Origin: an uncultured Bacilli bacterium
GTDB taxonomy: Bacteria > Bacillota_I > Bacilli_A > RF39 > UBA660
Length of the DNA stretch: 64,000 nucleotides
Assembly (NCBI GenBank): GCA_934096735.1
Contig: CAKOMS010000002.1
Span: forward strand, 19,073 to 83,072
Reading direction: 5' to 3'
The translations under genes were made by a program, and so were the position numbers. Below the pieces are notes generated by a model. That model searched no databases and was not told the DNA's origin. It saw only the letters and a program-made list of their open reading frames with translations. How positions within the stretch are numbered: the first letter of the stretch is position 1; each line of letters begins with the position of its first letter. This document shows positions 10,096 through 18,724 of the stretch, in pieces.

Positions 10096-10171
10096 TGCCC
10101 CATAGCCAAGTGGTAAGGCATCAGACTTTGACTCTGACATTCCGTTGGTTCGAATCCAGCTGGGGCAGCCA
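10096..10171 (+). tRNA. tRNA-Gln (anticodon TTG)
   Basis: Acceptor TGCCCCA/TGGGGCA, anticodon loop CTTTGAC, GGTTCGAATCC T-arm, encoded CCA. Confidence 0.88.
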
Positions 10172-10180
10172 TCTGAATTT

Positions 10181-10256
10181 GTCTCGTTAGCTCAGTAGGT
10201 AGAGCATTTGACTTTTAATCAAAGGGTCTGGAGTTCGAATCTCCAACGAGACACCA
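10181..10256 (+). tRNA. tRNA-Lys (anticodon TTT)
   Basis: Acceptor GTCTCGT/ACGAGAC, anticodon loop CTTTTAA, AGTTCGAATCT T-arm, encoded CCA. Confidence 0.9.
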
Positions 10257-10267
10257 TTTTAAATATT

Positions 10268-10297
10268 AACCTCGTATTATCTAATACGAGGTTTTTT
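10268..10297 (+). terminator. Rho-independent terminator of the tRNA cluster
   Basis: AACCTCGTATTA / TAATACGAGGTT stem followed by a T-run. Confidence 0.8.
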
Positions 10298-10300
10298 AAT

Positions 10301-10330
10301 GTTACAAAAAAGAAAATTCTTTTTTGTAAC
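10301..10330. terminator. Perfect 13-bp A/T-rich hairpin (second or bidirectional terminator)
   Basis: GTTACAAAAAAGA-aaat-TCTTTTTTGTAAC. Confidence 0.45.
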
Positions 10331-10619
10331 TTATTTCATGAGTTTTTCTGGCTACAAAACATATATAATGTAATTAACCTGAGGATATTATTTTTGACAA
10401 AATGATGTTATTTTAAAAAAATAAAAAAAGAGCCACTTTATATGAAAACTTTTTATTCTTTAAAATCCAAAACCATTCCTAATAATAGCTCTCTTATATT
10501 TAATTATATTTAAATCGCACATTAAAAAAAGTTAAAATAGAGAAAAAGGAAATTTTAGACAAAATTTGACAAAAAAATTAATCAAAAAGTGATATAAATT
10601 AAATGAAGGGAGGAATATT

Positions 10620-11393
10620 TTGATCGATGATATAAAAAAGTTTAAATATAAATTTTATGACATAAGAAGAATGGGTCTGATAAAATCAAAAAGAAAAGGA
10701 ACCACTGGAGCAGGTTATACTTTTGAATGTTTAATTGGCAAACAAGAAGATCAAGAGTGTAAACCTGATTTTGGAAACATAGAAATTAAAACGAGAAACG
10801 CATTTACAAAGTCTCCAATGAATTTATTTACATTTAATCCAACTTCATTAAATGGAGGGTATGCTATTCAAGATATTTTTGATAATTATAACTATGAAAA
10901 AGAAAATACAAAAGAAATTATATTTTCCAGGAATGTTTATTATTGCAAAAGTTTTGAAAAAAATAGCTACAGTTTTAATTTACTTATAGATTTTAAAGAA
11001 AATAGATTATATCTCACAAGTTTAAAAGATGATATTTATAAAAATAAAATTTGTTATTGGGACTTAGATAAATTGAAAGAAAAAGTTGAAAATAAATTAA
11101 AGCTTTTAGCTGTCGTAAAAGCATATCCTTATACTAGAAACAACGAAACATATTTTAAATATTTAAAAATGAATTTGTATAAGTTGATAAATTTTGAAAG
11201 GTTTATTGAACTTATTTTATCAGATAAAATATTTATAAGCATATCCTTAAAGCAAAAAGAAAATCGTGATAAGAAGAAGTATATTGACAATCACGGTTGT
11301 GCATTTAGGATAGTTAATGATGCATTTGATGAACTTTTTCAAGAAATAGATTATTCAAATCAAGCCCTAGATTTATTAGAAAAAACACAATAA
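10620..11393 (+). CDS. PD-(D/E)XK endonuclease of MutH/Sau3AI/BcnI-MvaI type
   Basis: TTG start after GGGAGG. KGTTGAGYTFECLIGKQEDQECKPDFGNIEIKTR matches the G-x-x-(F/L)E-x-L(I)G ... PDF-x-x-IE-x-K catalytic core of the MutH/BcnI/MvaI family. Confidence 0.5.
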   Translation: MIDDIKKFKYKFYDIRRMGLIKSKRKGTTGAGYTFECLIGKQEDQECKPDFGNIEIKTRNAFTKSPMNLFTFNPTSLNGGYAIQDIFDNYNYEKENTKEIIFSRNVYYCKSFEKNSYSFNLLIDFKENRLYLTSLKDDIYKNKICYWDLDKLKEKVENKLKLLAVVKAYPYTRNNETYFKYLKMNLYKLINFERFIELILSDKIFISISLKQKENRDKKKYIDNHGCAFRIVNDAFDELFQEIDYSNQALDLLEKTQ

Positions 11394-11412
11394 AAAAACT
11401 CCCTAAGGAGTT
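11394..11412 (-). terminator. Short hairpin plus T-run (read on the minus strand), terminator for the minus-strand tRNA pair
   Basis: The minus strand reads AACTCC-TTAG-GGAGTT followed by 7 T. It also lies just after the plus-strand nuclease stop. Confidence 0.5.
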
Positions 11413-11423
11413 TATAAACTATA

Positions 11424-11500
11424 TGGTCGAGAAGACAGGATTCGAACCTGCGACCCCTTGGTCCCAAACCAAATGCTCTACCAAACTGAGCCACTTCTCG
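11424..11500 (-). tRNA. tRNA-Pro (anticodon TGG)
   Basis: The reverse complement folds as acceptor CGAGAAG/CTTCTCG, anticodon loop TTTGGGA, GGTTCGAATCC, encoded CCA. Confidence 0.88.
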
Positions 11501-11503
11501 AGA

Positions 11504-11580
11504 TGGTACACCCAGAGGGACTCGAACCCCCAACCTTTAGATCCGTAGTCTAACACTCTATCCAATTGAGCCATGGGTGC
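11504..11580 (-). tRNA. tRNA-Arg (anticodon ACG)
   Basis: The reverse complement folds as acceptor GCACCCA/TGGGTGT (G1-U72), anticodon loop CTACGGA, GGTTCGAGTCC, encoded CCA. Confidence 0.88.
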
Positions 11581-11773
11581 GTTTCCCAATACAAAGATAT
11601 TATATTACAATAGAAAAAAAAAAGCAACAATTTTTGTAAAAAACATAATAGATAATAAATACAGAACGTTTTTAGAAAGGAGTTAAAGATGAGAATAGAT
11701 TACATAATAAATGAATTAATAAAAAAAGTTGAAATGACAAGCATACATATAGACACAATCGATCTTAAAAAAC

Positions 11774-11803
11774 TTGACAAAAGAAGAATAAATCGTTTAT
11801 AAT
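11774..11803 (+). promoter_or_regulatory. Sigma-A type promoter upstream of gpsB/rnpB
   Basis: TTGACA-18 nt-TATAAT. Its position argues against the TTG 11808 start given in the ORF track. Confidence 0.55.
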
Positions 11804-11825
11804 TTCATTGTTAGAAGGTGTTGAA

Positions 11826-12158
11826 ATGTATAATGATAAGTTTTATTTAACTCCAAAAGACATACTAGAAAAAGAGTTTAAAATCGATGCGCGAGGTTTT
11901 AGACCACAAGAGGTTGATAAATTTTTGGATTTAGTAATACACGATTATACAGAATACAATTCAATCATAAAAAGATTGGAACAAAACATCAGAGACCTTA
12001 CTGAAGACAATAGCAAATTAAAGCAAGAAATCAGATCGCTACATAATGAACTTGATACCAAAGAATTTGCTGAATCTAACACAAAGGCACTAACAAATGT
12101 TGATTTATTGAAACGTATTAGTCAGCTAGAAAAAGTTGTATTTGGAAAGGAAGAATAA
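11826..12158 (+). CDS. gpsB: Cell-cycle protein GpsB (DivIVA-domain)
   Basis: LTPKDILEKEFKIDARGFRPQEVDKFLDLVIHDY matches the GpsB/DivIVA N-terminal domain, followed by a C-terminal coiled coil. GAAGGTG lies 5 nt before ATG 11826. Confidence 0.85.
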   Translation: MYNDKFYLTPKDILEKEFKIDARGFRPQEVDKFLDLVIHDYTEYNSIIKRLEQNIRDLTEDNSKLKQEIRSLHNELDTKEFAESNTKALTNVDLLKRISQLEKVVFGKEE

Positions 12159-12492
12159 TATTTAGACAAATGCTGCATAAAAATGTAGAGGAAAGTCCAT
12201 GCTCACACAATCTGAGATGATTGTAGTGTTCGTGCTTAGGGAATAAATAACCTAAGGTAGAATTCTAACGGCGTAAAAATTACCTTTTAAAGGTAAAAGT
12301 ATACATAAAGTGCCACAGAGACGAGTTATTTGGAAACAGATAAATGAAACGAGGTAAACCCCACGAGTGAGAAACCCAAATTTTGGTAGGGGAATTGTAA
12401 AGAAGGAAATGAACTTAATTACAAATGCTACGGCATAGATAAATATTTGTCGCTCATTTTTGAGAACAGAACATGGCTTATTAATATTATTT
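12155..12492 (+). ncRNA. rnpB: RNase P RNA (bacterial type B-like, compact)
   Basis: Universal P4 strands GAGGAAAGTCCATGCTC (about 12187) and ACAGAACATGGCTTA (about 12466). Candidate P1 is AATAATATT / AATATTATT. Ends are approximate. Confidence 0.85.
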
Positions 12493-12517
12493 TGATTTTA
12501 TTAAGGAGTGAAAAAAG

Positions 12518-12997
12518 TTGGAAGAGATTGCTGAACTTTTACGAACCGCTAGACAAGAATCAGGAATAGAAATTGAGGAAGCTAGTAAAGATTTAGAAAT
12601 TAACGAATTATATTTGAAAAATATTGAGGATGGAAAAATCGGTTCTTTTAAAGACATTTTTGAACTTAAAGAATATTTAACAGAATATTCAAAATATTTA
12701 GGTGTTGATGAAGAAAAAATTAATGATTATTTTAATGAATATATTTTTGAATATACATCAAAAATACCTATTAAAGAAATTGAAAAAACAATAAAAAATA
12801 ATAGTAAAGACGACGATCAAGAAATAGGAGACAAAATTGTTTCTCCTTACACAGTTGAAAAGGTAAAATCTAAAAAATTAACTTACATTACCATATATTT
12901 ACTAATATTGGTTATGGTTATTTTAGCAATAATATGGTCAGTAAATCAAATAACAATAGACAAAAGAAATGCATATGTAGCTAGTTACAAGGAGTAG
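12518..12997 (+). CDS. RodZ-like helix-turn-helix membrane protein
   Basis: N-terminal HTH (LRTARQESGIEIEEASKDLEINELYLKNIEDG) and a single C-terminal TM. It sits upstream of pgsA, as ymfM/rodZ does in Bacillus. TTG start. Confidence 0.6.
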   Translation: MEEIAELLRTARQESGIEIEEASKDLEINELYLKNIEDGKIGSFKDIFELKEYLTEYSKYLGVDEEKINDYFNEYIFEYTSKIPIKEIEKTIKNNSKDDDQEIGDKIVSPYTVEKVKSKKLTYITIYLLILVMVILAIIWSVNQITIDKRNAYVASYKE

Positions 12998-13001
12998 GGT
13001 T

Positions 13002-13625
13002 ATGAATTTACCAAATAAGATAACAATATCAAGAATTATTTTAGCTATTTTATTAATAGTAGCATTATTATTGCCATGGCATGATTTAGGAGTTAATATT
13101 CCAGAATATGTCGTAAATGGCGAGACAATAGACTTATTGCACATTATAGCAGGCTTTGTATTTATAATAGCTTGCTTAACAGACTTTTTAGATGGATATT
13201 TAGCAAGAAGCAAAAATATGGTGACGGACTTTGGAAAAATGACAGATGCTATCGCTGACAAAATCCTTGTTAATGGAGTTTTAATAGTTTTGACTTATGA
13301 AAGAATGGTACCTGTAGCATTAGTAGTAGTAATAATTATTAGAGACTTTATTGTTGATTCATGCAAAATGATATGTGGTAATAAGGGACATGTGGTTGCA
13401 GCAAGTTATGCCGGAAAAGCAAAAACAGTATGCATAATGTTGGGCATAATATTATCATTATTTAATAATTACCCATTCACTTACTTAGGTCTTCCAGTAC
13501 ATCAATTATTATTGTTGCTAGGAGCATTACTTTCAGTAGGAAGTGGATGTGAATACTATTTTGAAACTAAAGACATGCTATTAGCAGAAGAATTAATGAA
13601 AGATTTTAAAAGTCTGAAACGTTAA
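13002..13625 (+). CDS. pgsA: CDP-diacylglycerol--glycerol-3-phosphate 3-phosphatidyltransferase
   Basis: CDP-alcohol phosphatidyltransferase motif DFLDGYLARSKNMVTDFGKMTDAIADK. Confidence 0.85.
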   Translation: MNLPNKITISRIILAILLIVALLLPWHDLGVNIPEYVVNGETIDLLHIIAGFVFIIACLTDFLDGYLARSKNMVTDFGKMTDAIADKILVNGVLIVLTYERMVPVALVVVIIIRDFIVDSCKMICGNKGHVVAASYAGKAKTVCIMLGIILSLFNNYPFTYLGLPVHQLLLLLGALLSVGSGCEYYFETKDMLLAEELMKDFKSLKR

Positions 13626-13721
13626 ACTATGTTCTATAAAAACATGGTTTTTTTATTGTAAAAAATCACCCATACAAAAACATAAGAAAAACATAATATA
13701 AATTAGAAAGGAATTTATATT

Positions 13722-14015
13722 ATGGAACAAAAAAATTTTGAATATTACAATGGGCAAAATCAAGATGAAACTGTAAAATGTTGTATGGATCAAGGTCAAG
13801 CGATGCCACAAAGCTTTATGACTTGTGAACCAATCCAAGAATGCCCTCAAGAAAGAGTTTGTCACAGATATATTTGTTATGAGGTACCACATATAATGCC
13901 TTGCAATACAAGGATAATAAATCATCATATATATAGACACACATATACACCATGTTTTACACAATGTGAAGAAAATGTAGTATCAAATGTATATGACAAA
14001 AAATGTTGCTTCTGA
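13722..14015 (+). CDS. Cys/His-rich small protein, possibly a CotD-like spore coat protein
   Basis: 97 aa rich in C, H, P and Y (CHRYICYEVPHIMPCNTRIINHHIYRHTYTPC). A terminator follows. The overlapping minus-strand ORF is rejected. Confidence 0.4.
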   Translation: MEQKNFEYYNGQNQDETVKCCMDQGQAMPQSFMTCEPIQECPQERVCHRYICYEVPHIMPCNTRIINHHIYRHTYTPCFTQCEENVVSNVYDKKCCF

Positions 14016-14018
14016 TTC

Positions 14019-14046
14019 AAAATCTCTTTTATAGAGATTTTTTTAA
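14019..14046 (+). terminator. Rho-independent terminator
   Basis: AAAATCTCT-tttat-AGAGATTTT plus a T-run. Confidence 0.7.
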
Positions 14047-14131
14047 AATAAAAATAAATTTTTTACAAAAGTTAGATAATTATGTTTAAATATTTTTCAC
14101 ATTAATGTATAATATAAAAAGAAGGTGTAAT

Positions 14132-14500
14132 ATGAAAGTATTAAAAGATAAAAAAATAATAATCCTTATGGTAATACTATTAGCATATACTATCGTATAT
14201 TTTACCTTAGTAGCCAAAAGTTCCTATGCATTTGATAACGATTTAGATTATAACAAATTACGTCTAAAAACAATTAGCATAATAGAAGAAAGTGCAATAA
14301 AATACGCTGAAGCAAATAAAAATTTATTTGAAAAAGAAAATACTGTTTATATAAAAGTTCAAAATTTAATAGATGAAAATTTAATTGCAACAAACAATGA
14401 TGACAAATTAATAGACATATCTAACAATAATGAGTTAAATGGAAAAGTTATTAAAATAAAGCAGGAAAAAGAAGGCTATAAAGTAGAAGTGGATGCTTAA
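14132..14500 (+). CDS. Hypothetical membrane-anchored or secreted protein
   Basis: GAAGGTG before ATG 14132. It has an N-terminal hydrophobic segment and no recognisable motif. Confidence 0.45.
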   Translation: MKVLKDKKIIILMVILLAYTIVYFTLVAKSSYAFDNDLDYNKLRLKTISIIEESAIKYAEANKNLFEKENTVYIKVQNLIDENLIATNNDDKLIDISNNNELNGKVIKIKQEKEGYKVEVDA

Positions 14501-14585
14501 AAGGTAAAATTTCTGTAAAAAATGTTATAAAATGCTATTTATTATTTAAATTATTTAGTAAGATAATAATGTAAGGAGTGAGAAT

Positions 14586-14786
14586 ATGTTATATCCGTCT
14601 ATAGACAAATTGTTAAATATTGTAGATTCTAAATATATGTTAGTGCATGTAGCTTCAAAAAGAAGTAAAGAAATGGCTGAAACATCTCATTATCAAATGA
14701 GAATTAACAGCTATAAAAGTAAAAAAGATTTAGGAAGAGCACTTGAAGAATTAGAAGCAGGATTAATAAAAGTTATAAAAAAATAA
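14586..14786 (+). CDS. rpoZ: DNA-directed RNA polymerase subunit omega
   Basis: MLYPSIDKLLNIVDSKYMLVHVASKRSKEM is the typical RpoZ N-terminus. Confidence 0.85.
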   Translation: MLYPSIDKLLNIVDSKYMLVHVASKRSKEMAETSHYQMRINSYKSKKDLGRALEELEAGLIKVIKK

Positions 14787-14845
14787 AATTTTATTAAAAA
14801 AACTTGATTATCAGAAACATATATGATAAGATAATCATGTCGTTT

Positions 14846-14922
14846 GGGGGATTAGCTCAGCTGGCTAGAGCACCTGCCCTGCACGCAGGGGGTCGCGGGT
14901 TCGAATCCCACATCCTCCACCA
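14846..14922 (+). tRNA. tRNA-Ala (anticodon TGC), atypical details
   Basis: G3-U70 identity pair and anticodon TGC. The loop reads CCTGCAC (C at position 33) and the T-stem GCGGG/CCCAC has a C-A mismatch. Encoded CCA. Confidence 0.75.
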
Positions 14923-14932
14923 ATTGACAATT

Positions 14933-14956
14933 AACCTCGTAAATGCGAGGTTTTTA
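14933..14956 (+). terminator. Rho-independent terminator after tRNA-Ala
   Basis: AACCTCG-taaatg-CGAGGTT plus a T-run. The stem sequence is shared with the 10268 terminator. Confidence 0.75.
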
Positions 14957-15155
14957 TTTTGTCAAAACAATTTAAAATATGAATTTTAGTTACTAACACA
15001 TTTTTAAAAAAACACAAAATCTGGAATATTTTATCAACTTTTGTTAATAATAGTTAATGATATTAAAAATTTATATTATTTGACACAAAATAAATTTAAT
15101 TACTTGCTTGAATCATAAATGAGTAGTATTATTTTATTAAAGGTAGTGTGAACAT

Positions 15156-15791
15156 ATGACAAATAAAATAAATAAAAATAGCAAAAACACAAAGACAAAT
15201 TCAAAGAACATAGCAAATGTAAAAAAACAAAATTCGACAGAAAAAGTAAAAAACGAAATTACAAAGCAAAATGATAAAAAAAATACAATAATGAATATAT
15301 TGATTCTTTTAGGAGTAGCGATACTATGCTTTGTAACAGTTTATTTGATGAATTATTTCTTTGTAAAGCATAATAACATAAACACGAATTATTCAACCGA
15401 CAAACAATTAAGCGAAATTCAAATCGAAGGTCAATCAGAAATCATATCAACTCAAAAATACATTAGTGATCTAGGTTACAATATGAGATATGACATAAAT
15501 AATTTTGTAGTATTCAAACATAACAATAAAGATTACTATAAATTTAAACATAATGACAATGTAATAGTAAAAATCGAAAGTAGTTCAGTTCCCACAAATT
15601 GTACTAATCAAGTATTAGAAACTACATTAAATAATTGTTATAGAAAATTAGATAATTATACGGAAGAATACTACATAACCTCAAATAGCAAAACATTTAA
15701 AGCAACAATCAAATCACCAAATTCATCTGAATATAGCAGTAGTGTAAGAACTAGAATAGAAATAATGCTAGAAACATTTAAAGTAGATTAA
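15156..15791 (+). CDS. Hypothetical protein with Lys/Asn-rich N-terminus and one TM
   Basis: The ORF has an upstream AAAGGTAG and a single hydrophobic segment (NILILLGVAILCFVTVYLMNYFF). No motif was recognised. Confidence 0.5.
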   Translation: MTNKINKNSKNTKTNSKNIANVKKQNSTEKVKNEITKQNDKKNTIMNILILLGVAILCFVTVYLMNYFFVKHNNINTNYSTDKQLSEIQIEGQSEIISTQKYISDLGYNMRYDINNFVVFKHNNKDYYKFKHNDNVIVKIESSSVPTNCTNQVLETTLNNCYRKLDNYTEEYYITSNSKTFKATIKSPNSSEYSSSVRTRIEIMLETFKVD

Positions 15792-15853
15792 TATTTTGCC
15801 AATCAAAATATTAAAAGATGAAATAAATCAATATAAAGTAGAGGAACATTAAT

Positions 15854-16579
15854 ATGAAAATAAATTGCTACAGTATAACATTCTGGTATAATCCAGTAGA
15901 TGATTTTTCTGAAATATTAAAAGATTTACAAAAATTATTCAAAAAAGAGTACTCAACTTTTAATATAAATTCTGTGGAAACTGATGATTTTTATAATTCA
16001 GTTCTTTTTGCTATCAATCACAAAGTTCAAACGAATATCAACATTAGCAAAATAAAACTTCAATACACAATGGACAAAGTAACAAGTGCCAATTTCCAAG
16101 ATTTCAGTGAAAAATGTCTAAAAATTCTTTCTATATTTAACGAAAATAACATAAAAGTGTTACATTCTTCAGTATTCACAAATATGGAATTTACTGTAGA
16201 AGAGGCCCTAAAAAAAGTATCAACGCAATTACTTTCTAAAAACACATCAAAGAATCTCATTGATGTAAATTTAAGAATAAGTAAAGTAGAAGACGACATG
16301 TTTTATAAAATAATTACAATTTTAAACAAACAACAAATAAAATTACCAAATTTTGTTGATGATACTGGAAGAAATATTCCATTTCCTTTAATCTCTTGGA
16401 CAAATGCAGTTAAAGAAAAGGAAATAATAGAAGCATCATATGAATTAAACGATAGATATTCATTTGATACTGAAAAAAATTATGAAACAACAATATTTTC
16501 ATTAAATAAAATGTTATATATCGTCAAAAATTTTTCAAATAGCGATGTTGAAGAATTACTACAAAGTGGAAAATTTTAA
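15854..16579 (+). CDS. Hypothetical protein
   Basis: 241-aa ORF after GTAGAGGAA. No motif was recognised. Confidence 0.45.
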   Translation: MKINCYSITFWYNPVDDFSEILKDLQKLFKKEYSTFNINSVETDDFYNSVLFAINHKVQTNINISKIKLQYTMDKVTSANFQDFSEKCLKILSIFNENNIKVLHSSVFTNMEFTVEEALKKVSTQLLSKNTSKNLIDVNLRISKVEDDMFYKIITILNKQQIKLPNFVDDTGRNIPFPLISWTNAVKEKEIIEASYELNDRYSFDTEKNYETTIFSLNKMLYIVKNFSNSDVEELLQSGKF

Positions 16580-16884
16580 TTAGCACTTACTATTTGTCCA
16601 AAATAAATGAATTTGTTATTTAAAACAATTTCTTTTTTTATAAAATGAACAGATGATATTTTTCCAGTTTCTTTTATAATATTGCCATTAAAATAATAAG
16701 TAATAGTTATTAAACTCTGCAGATTATATGCATTCATGATCTTTGTTTCAATAAAAGCAATTTGTTCATTAGATAAAATCGGAGGAATTATTCTATTTTT
16801 TTCTTCCTGAACAGATTTTACAATACTTCTAGAGGAGAAACAAGAATCAAAGGGTTGCCATTTTATCATACCTCTATCAATCAT
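16576..16884 (-). CDS. YolD-like protein
   Basis: GMIKWQPF motif. It is translationally coupled downstream of a Y-family polymerase, as in yolD/uvrX and yqzH/yqjW. Confidence 0.7.
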   Translation of the reverse strand: MIDRGMIKWQPFDSCFSSRSIVKSVQEEKNRIIPPILSNEQIAFIETKIMNAYNLQSLITITYYFNGNIIKETGKISSVHFIKKEIVLNNKFIYFGQIVSAN

Positions 16885-18149
16885 GAGTAATGACCTCCAA
16901 TCTTTTTATTCCTCTCAATCGCGGTTGAATCTTTTAATAAATTACTTCCTTTTAATAAACTATTTTTACCAAATTTATTTTTTATTTCATCAATCGTAGA
17001 ATTAATATCAGAATCTTTATCAATGTAATTAATTTCATTGGAATCAAATAAATTTAGTTGTTCATTATCCTTAGAAACAATAGAACCACAAGAAATAGTA
17101 ACCTTTCTAATTGGCAAATATTCATAAAATTTATCAAAAATAATCAAACAATATTTAAGAATTTCACTAGCATAATCAGTTGGTGTATCAAGCTTTATAG
17201 TATGATAAAAGCCACCACCGATTTCTCTAGAATATCCAATTCCAAAACCTATACATTTTGTTAATTTCTTATTTTTTCTAAGTCTACTTACTAGAACGTC
17301 AACCATCTCAGAAATAATAATTTTAATATTATCATCATAATAATCTTTAAATAAAACCTGTGAATGACTATAAGAAACAGACTTGCTAGCCCTCTTATAG
17401 TCTTTAATTATACTTAAGTCAATTCCATTAGCATGATTCCATAATTCAAGCCCAATAACTCCAAATGAATCTTTCAACAAATTCTTATCAGTCAATGCTA
17501 AATCTCTTATAGAGTAGATTCCTATTTTATTTAAATTATTTTCCATTCTTCTTCCGATTCCCCACATATCCGAAAGCGGACTAATTTTCCATAACTTTTT
17601 CTTTACGTCATCATATGTCCATTTTGCTATGTTATTTTGGTTATGCTTTGCCTCAATATCCATAGAAACCTTTGCAAGTAGCATATTTGGACCAATACCA
17701 CAAGTTGCAGTAAGTCCAGTTTTTTTATAAATAGTATCTAAAATTTCCTCAGCTAATTCTAAATCACTTTTATTATACATTTTAAGATAATCAGTAACAT
17801 CTAAAAAACATTCATCAATTGAATAAATATGTAAATCTTCTTCAGAAACAAAATCTAGATAAATACTAACAACTTCCTTAGATTTTTCAATATACAAACT
17901 CATTCTTGGAGCAGCAGTAATAAATTTTACATTTTTAGGAATTTCAAAAACTCTACCTCTTGAGGGAACTCCTTTATTTTTCAAAAATGGAGTAACAGCA
18001 AGTGTGATAGCACCTCCACCTTGTTTAGGATTAGCAACAATAAGTGGAGTAGTAAAAGGATCAATACCTCTGTCAATACATTCACAAGAAGCAAAAAAAC
18101 TTTTCAAATCAATACATAAAATATTTCTTTTAGGATACAAATTTTCCAT
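16881..18149 (-). CDS. Y-family (UmuC/DinB-like) translesion DNA polymerase
   Basis: ILCIDLKSFFASCECIDRG, YSIDECFLDV and an HhH-like WGIGRR. GGAGG lies 6 nt before ATG 18149, so the track start at 18161 is unlikely. Confidence 0.85.
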   Translation of the reverse strand: MENLYPKRNILCIDLKSFFASCECIDRGIDPFTTPLIVANPKQGGGAITLAVTPFLKNKGVPSRGRVFEIPKNVKFITAAPRMSLYIEKSKEVVSIYLDFVSEEDLHIYSIDECFLDVTDYLKMYNKSDLELAEEILDTIYKKTGLTATCGIGPNMLLAKVSMDIEAKHNQNNIAKWTYDDVKKKLWKISPLSDMWGIGRRMENNLNKIGIYSIRDLALTDKNLLKDSFGVIGLELWNHANGIDLSIIKDYKRASKSVSYSHSQVLFKDYYDDNIKIIISEMVDVLVSRLRKNKKLTKCIGFGIGYSREIGGGFYHTIKLDTPTDYASEILKYCLIIFDKFYEYLPIRKVTISCGSIVSKDNEQLNLFDSNEINYIDKDSDINSTIDEIKNKFGKNSLLKGSNLLKDSTAIERNKKIGGHYS

Positions 18150-18262
18150 AGCAACCTCCAAACATTTGTTTAATTAAATTATAGGTCAATTTTCCCAAAA
18201 ATACAATAACCAAATTATGGAATTAACTTGAAAATATCAAAAAAACAATCTATACTTAATGT

Positions 18263-18484
18263 ATGAAAACAATTTTAATAAAACTAATAAAATTATATCA
18301 GAATACACCATTACAAAGCCACTCAAGATGCAAATTTTATCCAACTTGTTCCACATATGCAATAGAAGCTTTAGAAACTCATGGCTTTATAAAAGGAAGT
18401 TACTTAATGTTAAGAAGAATAGCAAGATGCAATCCGTTTTCCAAAGGAGGAATCGATTTGGTACCTAAAAGGGTTGCAAAATAA
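18263..18484 (+). CDS. yidD: Membrane protein insertion efficiency factor YidD
   Basis: [19 protein letters not shown] ... [14 protein letters not shown]. Confidence 0.85.
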   Translation: MKTILIKLIKLYQNTPLQSHSRCKFYPTCSTYAIEALETHGFIKGSYLMLRRIARCNPFSKGGIDLVPKRVAK

Positions 18485-18544
18485 AACAAAAAGTGATAAT
18501 ATTTACTCATAAATCTGTGATGAGAAACACGATTATTAAATAAT

Positions 18545-18702
18545 ATTTTAAAGAGAGTTAACATTAGGTGAAAGTTAATAAATTAGTTTAATAATTACTA
18601 TTCTCTAGAGAGGCCAATCACCTCCGGCGAAAACCGTTATATAAATTAAGTTAAACCAAGGATGGTACCGTGTAATTCACTCCTATTTTTTAGGAGTTTT
18701 TT
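18545..18702 (+). promoter_or_regulatory. T-box leader (tRNA-Thr responsive) with terminator
   Basis: AGAGAG box at about 18551. Candidate specifier ACT-A at 18597-18600. T-box sequence AAACCAAGGATGGTACCGTG at 18654-18673. Terminator ACTCCT-atttttt-AGGAGT plus T-run at 18679-18702. Confidence 0.8.
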
Positions 18703-18724
18703 ATTTGAAGAAAGGAAGATTAAA

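Noticed and set aside
9835-11580. A tRNA-flanked segment as a genomic island or integrated mobile element.
   Set aside because: There is no integrase, transposase, att-like direct repeats of tRNA 3' ends, or compositional shift. Only a single nuclease gene is present.
14804-14989. 61-aa ORF (and 10208-10405) from the ORF track.
   Set aside because: They run straight through tRNA genes and their terminators, so they are not coding.
16576-18149. The YolD plus Y-family polymerase pair as evidence of a prophage.
   Set aside because: This pair also occurs chromosomally in Bacillus (yqzH/yqjW). No phage structural, integrase or repressor genes are adjacent.
18259-18468. Alternative 69-aa ORF overlapping yidD in another frame.
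   Set aside because: The 18263 frame gives the conserved YidD motif (YPTCSTY...NPF..GG.D.VP). The other frame has no features.
18662-18724. The upstream 21 codons of the thrS ORF in the track.
   Set aside because: This stretch is the T-box sequence and terminator hairpin. A good RBS precedes ATG 18725.
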